Shown: positions 25,301 through 37,300 of the stretch, piece after piece
Layout of the letters: each line of letters begins with the position of its first letter
Position numbering within the stretch: position 1 is the first letter of the stretch
Origin: Antedon mediterranea
Lineage: Eukaryota; Animalia; Echinodermata
Assembly (NCBI RefSeq): GCF_964355755.1
Contig: NC_092672.1
Coordinates: forward strand, 10,354,001 to 10,418,000
Direction of reading: 5' to 3'
DNA length: 64,000 nucleotides
Notes under the pieces: generated by a model
The model's input: the letters and a program-made list of their open reading frames with translations, nothing else
Database searches by the model: none
Told to the model about the DNA's origin: nothing
Position numbers and translations under genes: made by a program

Positions 25301-28300
25301 ATATAGGCACCACGTGTGACACTATGCGACCCTGTTTTATAGAAGTTTCCTATGCCGCCGTAATAAAGATATTATACGGATGCCCAATGTGCAGAGTGTG
25401 TATTTTTTAATATTTCGTTATGTTTTGTGATAATAGTGGTAAACAGTCCATTGTATTAAACCAAAATTATGAAACACTCTGTAATATTAAAATGAAAGCT
25501 ATAAATCTCAAGACGGGAAACGTTTTCAACGACTGATTAGTCCGGTAAACCTTGACTTTACATTAATAAACCGACTTTAATAACTGATTAACGATATTAA
25601 CTTACGTTATGGCTGGTAGGCGATAATGTTCTCCTGTGGTGGCCTGAACGAATTGGCCTATTTATTACGCAGTCTTATTCCAGCCTACTTTAGTGGTGGT
25701 TAATCGTTTATAGAAAATTCAACACTTTCAATTTGAGGTTTTAGAGAATTAAATAAGTTTGCCTTAAAGCATTTGTTTTAATATTTTCGGTATATAAATA
25801 AGCACAGAAATAAATAAATAAATAAATATTTTTGTTATTTTTAAAACTAGCAACGAGTTGCTAGTAGATTAAAAAGTAAATGTAGGCCTATATGGTAGCT
25901 TTGATATAGGCCTAGAATTTCTTAATAATTTGCACACTATATATATGCCGGTACAATTATACGTATTTTGTGTTTATTCTTATAACAATTCATTGATCTA
26001 ATGTGAGTTTAAAATGCGTTAACGAAAGAACATCAAAGCCAACTTTTACTAAACCTGGATAACATCATGGCTGTATTATTTAAACGTAATTGGAGGATAC
26101 ACGACGCTAGAAAACCTCCGAAATGCGCTGATAATGTCTCGTAAGTGTACCAATCAAGGAAATGGCTAAGGAAAGACTGTCTCTGCCACTTAACGCTTCA
26201 TTTAAGTTCTGTAAATTCTGGGTTTATAAAGGAGGAACGGAAGATAATTAGTTGTGCCCAAAATCAATTTACCTTCAGTAAGTTAATAACTGTGCTTTAG
26301 ATCCAAAGGCAAATTACTGACAACATGACAATGCTGTGTGTATCAGTGGCTGGATCTCAATGGTATGGAACGCCGTTTACGCAACATTTCGATGATATGA
26401 ATTTTATGACGCGATATGTGAATGAAATGCATCGATATGAATTAAATGGTGCGATATATGAATGAAATGTTTTGAATTGAATGCTTTGAATTGAATATTT
26501 TGAATGAAATGTTTTGAATGAAATGTTTTGAATGAAATGTTTTGAATGAAATGTTTTGAATGAAATGTTTTGAATGAAATGTTTTGAATGAAATGTTTTG
26601 AATGAAATGTTTGAATTGAATTGAAAAGTCAAACTATTGGTGGCGTATGTCATTCTCGCTCGCGATTATTTTCTCAACCTCTTAGGCCTAAGCCTGGGTA
26701 CCCTCATCTCCTTTCTTCCACGCTGCCTTTACAGAGAATCCTAACAGACCTGGGTTCGGAAATATGTATTCCAATGTTTCAGGTCTGTTAGGGAGTCTCT
26801 GTAAAGGATTCATATTGATGACAGCGTTGAAAGGAGATGAGGGTACCCATGCTTAGGCCTAATAAGAGGTTGAAAAAAAATCGCGAGCGGGAATGACATA
26901 CGCCGCCAATAGTTTGACTTTTCAATTCAATTCAAACATTTCATTCAAAACATTTAATTCAAAACATTTCATTCAAAACATTTCATTCAAAACATTTTAT
27001 TCAAAACATTCAATTCAAAACATTTCATTCAAAACATTTCATTCAAAACATTCAATTCAAAGCATTCAATTCAAAACATTTCATTCATATATCACGCCAT
27101 TCAATTCATATCGATGCATTTCATTCACATATCGCGTCATAAAATTCATATCATCGAAATGTTGCGTAAACGGCGTTCCATACAATGGAGATACAAAAAG
27201 AAAAGCGAAAAGCTAAATCAAAACGATAAAGTAAAACAGCAAGAAAAGTTAGCAGAGCTTTCGGGCAACACTAGCCCTTCATCAGTGCAAGAAATGCGTG
27301 ACAGATATATCTAATTCTGTCCATCTAGATGGTAGATTGTATTTATATTTTTCTGGTCATTTATTTTTATATTTTCCGTTGGCTAAAGGCATCGAGAATT
27401 AAATTCATGTAGCCTGAAACATAGATGTAGGCCTGTACAGTTTGGTTACAATAAGTAGTGGTACTGGTGCAATACAGTTGTGAGATGAATGAGTGACAGA
27501 ATGTACAGTACTTTAAACATATTAAAAATAGGCCTACCACCAATTTGAACAAGTTTGGGCCTATTCGAGAAGTCAAAAGACAGTGCGCTTAGATTTTTTT
27601 TCAACAAAAATCTTAAATTAATCTAAAACTGAATAACTGATCGATATATCAATATACTGCTTACAACTGCAATACAAAACATCCGATAATACTAACTATC
27701 TTAATATATAAGAATTATTTCCACTTGTTTTGTCTTATTGTATTGTTCAATTATAACAATTTTCAATTTTCTTTTCTCTATTTCTGGAGGCATGTTTGAA
27801 TATTATATTTTGAATAAATATAAATAGGCCTAAATAAATTAATTCGAAAAAGGGAAAATAATAGGCTTTCATCAATCAATTCTCTTTAATTAATTTATTT
27901 CAACTTGGGCATCTTAACCTTTTTTTACATGTGTAAATTATTCCATTTTTACGCGAAACTGTTACAAATGAATGACATCGTGCAAGAAAATAATTCTTTT
28001 ATAACGTAACAACATACACATCATATCATTATGACAGAAATAGCAATTTATAACACGTGGTTGACAGTCTCTTGTGCTACTAGACTGTATCACCTGCAAT
28101 CGTCTTATGTAATCTGTTAGCTCAATGGATCAAATAAATAGAACATCCGCAATTCTAATACGGTCAATTTTCAATCCAACTACAAACAAATATTGTAATA
28201 TACTCTTTAAAATATCCGTTACCATGCATTTATTATTACATGTAGCTATATACAAACAAAGCATCAAAATCATTCTTCCCTGATCCTTCACGCATGCGCA

Positions 28301-31300
28301 TATCGTCAATTAGGACATAAACTTTGACACTCGTCTTCCAGAGTATTACTGCTGTTTTTCTACGGGCGCATTAAAAATTTAAATACGTGATTTACGATCT
28401 GTAACATTAAATACAGTAACATAGACAATATTATAGCGCACTCGAAGTTGTATTATTATTTTGTACCCAATTAAACTGTAGACTTAGGCTATATTGTGAG
28501 TGTTTCATGAATGTGATCGTTTAAATTAGGTAAAACAAGGTGTAGCGTCCTCTATTTTTATGAAAGGTCTTTTGATACGAAGTTAGGTGTAAATGCCTTC
28601 AGAAATCTTTCTAGTTTTGTAGACATCTAAAGCCCTTTCTGCACTATCATACTTTATGTGATAAATTGTGATGTGCCCATATATGGATGATGTCATATCA
28701 CTACCATAATTGGCCATATCACAACCATATTTGGACACATCACACTTTTTTGTCAAACTTAGTTTGATAGTGTAAACAAATCTTTTTTTTTAAATGCAGA
28801 AAAGAGAAGAGAGATAACTGAATGATTAACTGCAAACAGTAGTTTAAAGTAGTTGTTCATCTCCATTCACTAGTTATACATTGCTATTATTCTTACACTA
28901 ATGTTGTTAATAATATTATGGTACCAGTCAATACTCGTGGGGAAAGGGTGTTCAAAAATAAATTAATAAGTCATTGCATTAACAGCTTGCCATAATATTG
29001 TAAGTATAGTAAAATTCTCTTGAGGGGTTAAAGCTTAATGTTCACACTACGAACATGCTTTATGTTAAATTAGAATTTCTGAAGTCTGAAATAGGTCTAC
29101 TTGTGTTTTCTATTATTAATTATTATCCACTGTAGCACACTGAACTATCATTTTAATTGTTGCCTGGCCTGGCTTAATGTTCATGCTAACATAGCCAACA
29201 ATGTTTGTAACTATTAGCAAATAGTATAGACTATTAAAGCATTAACTACGGTATGTGAAAATATATTTATAAAAGGGGGAAATTAAGAAAAATTTGAAAT
29301 TAAGAAAATATGAAATTAAGAAATTAAGAAAATATAAAAGGGGAAATTAAAGAATACAGTAAATAATATGACGAGAAAATAATTGTTGTTTTTATTAATT
29401 TTGAGAAATAAAAGATAAATTGTTTATAGACCTATTTGTCATCTCTTCGACTAGAATTCGTTTTCAAACAATGTTGAGCTTCTGTCTATAGAATCTTATT
29501 TTAAACAATTAAATAGTGTTTTTTTTGTGGTGGAACTTATAGCAACTTTTGTCTTCAATTTCGTCTGTAAATCATGTTATAGTTGAATAAATTGAATTGA
29601 ATCCTTTACAAATGAGAGGATACAGCAACCCAGATAATATACGATTTCAATGTTTTTCCAAATTGCAGGATACAGTGTTATTGGTAACAAGCTGTTTGAA
29701 ACAAGCAATTCGGATTATTTTTTTCCAATCTAAAACTATTTTTATTAAATTAGCCGTGTCCTTCAAAAGGTCACCGATTGGGTTAATTCGGTACGCACTA
29801 AACAGAAGAATCTTTAAATAAAACAAATTTAAAAACTGAGACACAATTGTTGTATTTAGCGTGAATACCAGCTATTTTGAATTTACGCCAATAAAAAATG
29901 TTACATAGAATTTAACCCCCTGGGTAAAAATACTAATACTGTAACCTGGACCACCAAAGCTGCAAGGGTAACCCGGTGCTCGTAAACATGTAACAAGACA
30001 AGCATTTATGGGGTTTTACATGTTTTTCTATAGTTTAATTTGTAAATGTATTATTTGCAATTGGCACTTGGCAGTTTGTTGAACTTTGGCAAATAAACCA
30101 TCACAATTATGATGGTTCACTCTAGAATTAGGCCTAATCTATATTTTTCCAGTTCGTCAGTGGCTTTTGGACATTTCAATATTGGTTATGTCGAATTAAA
30201 ACATTAAAAAAACATAAAATTAAATATTTAAATGTATTAATAGGCCTACAGTGCTTAGTAATGGCAATAAGGGATTTGTTTTAAAATGTGTAAATATTCA
30301 AAATGGTTATTAATTTTACGAAAGTGATTATAGTATGGGCCTGTATTTATAGGTCTATGTTATAGTGATTGAAGCACTAGAATGGAAATTTGAAGAATAT
30401 GCCTTATACTTTTCTGGTTTGGAATAACTATGTAGGCCTATCAGATTGATAAACATTGGCAGCAACAAGGTAGGCCTATTTTATTTTATCTAGGCATACA
30501 GAAGAACAGAATAATACTGTAGCTGCCTTAAAATCTTTGAAATATCCGCCTATTGTATGTCGTTTGGTAGTACTATTTCTCCCTTGGACAACTAAGGGCA
30601 GACGTATCGAATAAGGTCAAACAGTAGGGATCTGATAATATATAATCAAAACTTGCAACTGCTTTTGACAATATGAATTGTATTTCTGTATAAATTATTA
30701 TTGAAATGTAAATGAAACAGGTTAAAAGGATTAAATAACATCATATCAACATCTTCAGCTAATGAAAAGAAGTCAAGGTTAATTATTAAAAACATCAGTA
30801 AATTGGTTCCAACTGCTAGGCCAGTGGTGGCGAAGTACTGTATATTATGTACGGGGCCCGACCGCCTGCGTTCAGTGATGAGGCGGCTTGTTCGACCGCC
30901 TACCAATATGTGTGATCTCGACTTCACATGAAACGCGATTCGGCCTTTCAGTGGATAGATAAACAGTTCTGTTTCAATTAACATCAACTTATCTTTAAAG
31001 CATAATTGCAAAACTAGAAACTTAAACTTAAAAACAGGGTGTAAAGCATGTTGTGAAAAACATAAAATAGCACAAAATGTTAGCACAGAAAGGTTATCGT
31101 GGATTACCGATCAAGTTAGCTAGCTTCACTTAAACTCGACAGGACGCCACCAAAAACAAGGAAAGTTTTACAGTACAGTAGAGTAATATATTGCCTATTA
31201 AAGTGTTCAATGATTGGGGAGGTGTGATTTATTAACACTTATATTATCCTGTGTTTTTATTTTATATTTTGCTATATTGCCTCATCGAATCAATATTGTC

Positions 31301-34300
31301 TTTTTTTAACGTTCGCGTTTCCTGCTATGAAAATGTTACTGTACTTATTTTCACAGTGCTCATGCCTACGGCGTTGAATTAGTGCCAACAGTGATACTAA
31401 AAATGGTATACACCATGGAGGTTAAAGTTATACCGCCTGTACTGAAAACAGGACAAAATGTCTCTTTTCGATTATCTGATTATTAAGAATACGGTAACTA
31501 AATAAAATCACCAGTCTACTCATTTGTATCGAGAATATCAGTGAAATAGTCAGAATTAAATTGCCGCATGGTATAACGACAACTGTGTCAGTTTTTAGCA
31601 CCATGACTTTTAAAAATGCAGGTTAGCTGTATTGACAAAGCATAGTTAAAGCAAGGCAACAATCAAAATAGTATTATTAATAAATAAAATAACATCAAGT
31701 AATACAATGAGTAGATTAAAACGACAATCAATTGTTTCTCAACATAGGATTGAAAACAAAATTGTTAAAACTAAATTTATCTATATTTGGAATTTCAGCT
31801 GTCACTGACTTTCTTCCACTGAGAAATGACCCACCCCCAGGCCACGTGATCTCTCGGACCGAAGACGCCATTCAAACACCCACCCTGAAGTTCAAAAAAT
31901 TACCTCACGTACGAAAATCCCAGCGGACAATAAATGTCGTAACCCAGTCCGTCGATGGATAATATTTTGCTTTTCATACTATTATAAAGTGAGCTTATTA
32001 AGGTTTTAACCACAGAACACCTTCACTTGAACTTAAGTCTTAAAGTTTACGAAGACTACAAGCTCGGACGATGAAGGTGGTATGACAGACTTGCTTCCCT
32101 GCTTAGACAATCAACACTGGTGAGTATCATCCACTGACCTGTCACCGCCACCTGGCCAGTTGTTACATCACGGTGTGGACACAAATACTGACCGCTGCAA
32201 TTATTCAACAACTGGTCAAAATAGATTACAGTAATATTTTGCCGTCGCAAATGAAATACATCAATTTGATTTATACTAGATTACATCTCGCATTGAAACT
32301 ATCATTTCGATCCACCAGCGGATTTCCATTTCATAAGTAAGAAACACATTAACCGATTTGTCTGAAAAATATCGAACAAAATCTTCTAATAAAACAACGC
32401 AAATGTTGATTAGGCCTATAACTGTAACATTAAAGCGGTTCCGTCATAGAATTTACTGACTCGCCCAGGTTGAGATTTCGTTGAAATTGAGTAAAGATTT
32501 ATATGCACAACAAGTCCATCTAAACAGATCTAGGCCTAAATCAATCAAATGTATCCGGTAAAAGATCAACGTGTTAAGACATCGTTTCATTTTCACTTTT
32601 TGGGACGTACCCGTTTAACAGGTAATATAATATATGATGCTCACGGTATAATAATAATTATACCAGACCAGAATTTTGAGCATGCAATTCCAAATGCGTC
32701 ACTTGTATTTAATATAATATCGTATGCGCAAAGCAATAAAACAGTAATTTATCAGAATTACTGCAAAATAATATACACGTAGGCCCATACTTAGTACGCA
32801 CGCGCGCGTCTATTTACAAAAAACCTGCTTAAATCACGTACATTTTAAACATATACCCGAGCAAGCAAGTGTAATTAACACGTTGAATCAAAAAGTATGG
32901 ATAGGTTGCTTTAATACATAACATTTTGTTCGGATAGCATGACACATTTCCAGTTTTAATGTGTCTTTGACTAGACTAATAGCCACTAGTTTTACCTAAC
33001 GGAAAACATGACCAGACCTTATACGAGAAATTTACCGACATTTGAACGAAATAATTTCATCGACAATGAAACATAAATTGATGTCGCGTATTGAATACTA
33101 ATGAACAGTTTTTTCCACAATTATTTTAAAGAAATGATGTAATTCTTTTGACACGACAGATGGTCAATGGTGATTTTATTTCTCTTCTTTTGTTCGAATT
33201 AATAATAATTTACATTTGATTTCATTGTTTTTATTTTAACACACCTTTTCTTGTTACCGACTAAAGCTCTGTCTCCACTATCAAACTAGTTTGATAACGC
33301 CTGGGGAAAAGTATCATCTTCACAGGACCGCTATGAGGATTCGAACCGGGTCTTTATTTTATATGAATGTGTTTGATACCTTTGAATATACATTTAGTAA
33401 TCTAAGTGTATAATATCCATTTTGTGGTTGTTAAGCCTTTTTTTCTACACTATCAAATGTTATGTGACAAAAAGAATGTGATGTGCCCATATAATAAAGG
33501 ACATGATGATGTCATAACACTACCATGTTTAAACATATCACTACCATATTTGGGTACATCACACGTTTTTGTCACATAAAGTTTTACAGTGTAGACAAAG
33601 CTTCAGTTTTCATTTGTTTGGTATTCTTTCATCATTATCAGCGGTCTGTTGCGATACAGATATATAACTGAATTAAGATCATTTGTCTAGTACTTACAAA
33701 TTATTGCCTTATCTTTAGTAGGCCTACCTAACGATAATGACAAATCGAATCCTCGTCAAGTTTACAAAAAATGATATATATTTAGTTCATAGCAATTCTG
33801 CTTCTTTGTTTTTGAAATAGCCTCTCGTTTCAGACATTAAGGTGAGAAAACCGTATGTGACGTCATTGAAACTTTTCTAAAGGGAACGTCCAAGCTGTAA
33901 GTGTGGAATTCATATCTCTAGCGTGTGTACATGTGAAGAGTGATCGTATTACACATTTCCTCTCCAACGTAACGATATTTACGTGCGTTTCACACTCAGG
34001 AAGTGTACACGCGAAAACAAAACTCAAATCATTGTCTGATTATTATTCCATGTATGATTGAAGCATCGGACGTGTGTACATTGTTTTTAAACTGTTCTAT
34101 AAATGTTATTTTTGTTATCTTGTTTTAAGATATAGAAAACAAGGCAAAATTGCTGACGAACAAAATTGAGTCGGATTTTTTTTAAATAACAGAAACACAG
34201 TAAGCCTATGATGATGATAATGAAATACGTGTGACAAGTCTCGATCGAAAAGTTTAATGTTGATAAAGTAGGGGCCTACCTATATTACGTGAATAATTAA

Positions 34301-37300
34301 ATTGATTCTCAATCTGAGTCATATAACTCCACAAATATGACAATATTTGTCCATAATAATTGTCCGTAATATGATGTATTTGATATGTGACGACACTAGT
34401 ATCATGGTTATGTTTGCGATACAGGCTTTTTGTGTGTTTCCACATGAAAATGCTGACATGTAGGCCTATTACAGATTTTTCCTTTTATACTGGACACATT
34501 GTTTACAGATAAATAATTTCTTTTTCACATTTTAATTCAATGTAATATTGGATGGTAAACCATGTAAATTAAAATACATGAATTAAATATCAATTCAAAT
34601 TCATTATTTATTGATACTTCTATTGCCGCAAACACAAAGTCCGATAATTCAATGTACAGTACGGTATGCTAATTTTCGAACAGTTCGCTAATTTTTTCTT
34701 TGAATTTTTAGTTTAATTCAATATTGTTGGTGGTTAGACCTATTCAACCGAAGAGTAACTGAACTAGGATTGGAAGAGTGGTGTAAAGCCTTACAGTTTA
34801 TTATTCAGTCCTGGGAAAAACTAACAATCTCATGGTACATATTTACATATTTTCTTTATTTTTCAGTAAAAACATTAATTACAAAAAAATAAAAAGTGTA
34901 ATTGGTATATGTTACCATCTTACCATCATCCACAAAATTGGATGAAAATTTAGTAGGTCATTACCGTATATAAGTTGATTGTTTTTATCTTTTTTCTCTG
35001 TAATATAATACTTAATTTGTTATTCCTTTATTCAATTTGCATTGACTTCATTATTAATCAAAATAATTCAAATGTCTATAGTTATAAATATACAACGTGT
35101 TTCATTCCTAAAATGAAGTCTTTCACTACAGCACTTAGCTTTTAGGCTCTTAATCATTCCCTCAACCCTCCTTCATGACATTGTTGACCAAACAAAGTAT
35201 TGTTGGACAGAATATCGAAATTGAATGTTGACGGACATTGGACAGGGGTTTCCTACAGTATGTTGATTGGTTATTAACCTTATGTCTGGTATACAGAAAG
35301 GTGACTAACAATGAGTAATTAATTACAGTGCATCATGTTTATCGGATAATTTATTAATATTAGTTTTCCAGTTTTAGATCTTCAGTTATTATTTTGATTT
35401 ATTATTATTATATTATGTTATCGTACTATAATCTATAATATAGAATACGGGACACAGGCCTAATACCGGTAATGTATTAACATGACAAAATGTACAGTTT
35501 TACATAAATAATAAGATAAATTATCCCTGCCTCGCGTGTTAGTAGACGCGTGTAATCAAAGCTTGGTTCCCACTAGGACGCAACGCAAGGACGTAAACCG
35601 TAACCTTAAGAAAATTGATCAATCACAAGCGATAGATTATTCGAATTGCCGACAGTGATTGGTCAATTCGTTTGCGTAGCGAAAATCGATGTAATGCAGC
35701 AAAAGTTTATATTTCTCTCGAAATTTGTATGTGACCATTAAACGTTTGTAATATTATTTCCAAGTTTGTTTTAACTGCAAGTTCAGTAACTTACATTTAA
35801 TATTTCTTAAGAAAATATATGATTGATGCTTACTTAGCTATTGCTCAGCACTTCTTAAGTGTTCCTTCCATTACAACCCCCGACGTATGACCCGGTTACA
35901 ACGACCAAGTACGGACCAAAGAGTCGCATACAGCAAAGTTAACGTGAAGTAGGGGAAATGTATTCGTCACCCTTCCCATCAAAGTGAATCTCACCGTCTG
36001 TCAATCATTCACTTGACAGTTGGTACACGTGAGCGAACTCCAACACGGTCATAGAATATAACCAATGTCCCTGTAAAGGATCCAGAATTAAACCAGGCCG
36101 GTGCGTTCTTCCCCCGGGAGAAGGAATCCGTAGGGAGCTTAACCCACACCTTTGCATAGCCTACAATATTCTTATTAAGGACCCACGGTTTTAGAAAGCC
36201 AGAGCGTTTGTCTCATGAATTATGTCCTATGGGATCATCCAACACATTCACGTGGCTAATGATAGTGACCAACTGGGAGAAGTCCGAACTTAAACCAGGC
36301 CGGTGCATCCGTTCCGGGCGAAAGTATCTGAAATGTATATAAGGCGGGATGCAGTGCAAAAGAAGATACACCCGGTATACTAATCGTATTCAGTTATTCT
36401 TTTTCTGTAGAGATAATTTACATACAATGAATAATGTGAGTTACCAGCATGGGAAGAGTGCAATCTTCTCTGGACTTTGAACTTTCCTATGAATAGATCA
36501 TACATTTGTACAATTAATGTTCAATACTGTAATAATGACATCAACATTAACTTCTGAACCACTGTACACAAATACAGCGTCTACTAATGTTATAATGAGG
36601 AAATTATGGCTATTCTTTCAATCGTCACTCCCCCTCAATCTTTATTGGACGGGGATGTTGTGGGTTTAATACGGTAATTTATTCAAAATGCTGTCTGGGG
36701 AGTTCGCTCTATGAAAATGAATGACCTCAATTCATAGATTTTTAGTTTTTTAACATGGCATCATAGAATATACATTTTCAGTCTCAGACAGTACCAAATT
36801 TGCAGTACTGTAGTTATTGTCTTTTTATGTTTAGATTTCCAGTAGTATCTGGAAACTACTAGATTTCCAGCTCTATACTATAAGTATGAAACGCCATGTG
36901 TGCCAAAAAAAATCTCAAACTTTTCTGTGTTCACACGCAGATTCAAATTGTACCGTTATCCGAAGTATAACCACTGACACGACTCCTTTGATCGTATGCT
37001 CTTATACATACGTTAACTCCGATATAACTCCAATGTATACCTCATATCTCCGATAGTTGTTAAATCCGATAGAAAATAAATCGTGTATATATACCGTTAT
37101 TCTTGTCACTGTATGTTATTTATAACTGTATTACTATTTACGCATTTTTTATCATTGACAAAATGTTTAGTTACTGTACCAATGCATTACCGTCTATTTA
37201 AAGCAGATACATATTATAAAATAACTGTTTCTTCTTGAAGCATCTTGTTTCTGTTTCCGTATGCAATTGATCTAACTCATAACTGACAGTGATAGATAGA

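Noticed and set aside
26357-27216. Twin ORFs MTYA(T/A)[16 protein letters not shown] on opposite strands
   Set aside because: They are by-products of the inverted arms and 14-bp repeats of the foldback element.
30646-31086. 146-aa ORF on -
   Set aside because: Non-ATG start, no recognisable domain, and it sits in a Wnt4 intron; probably a transposon remnant.
33325-33352. tRNA gene (GGTTCGAATCC on -)
   Set aside because: An isolated B box with no cloverleaf; likely SINE debris.
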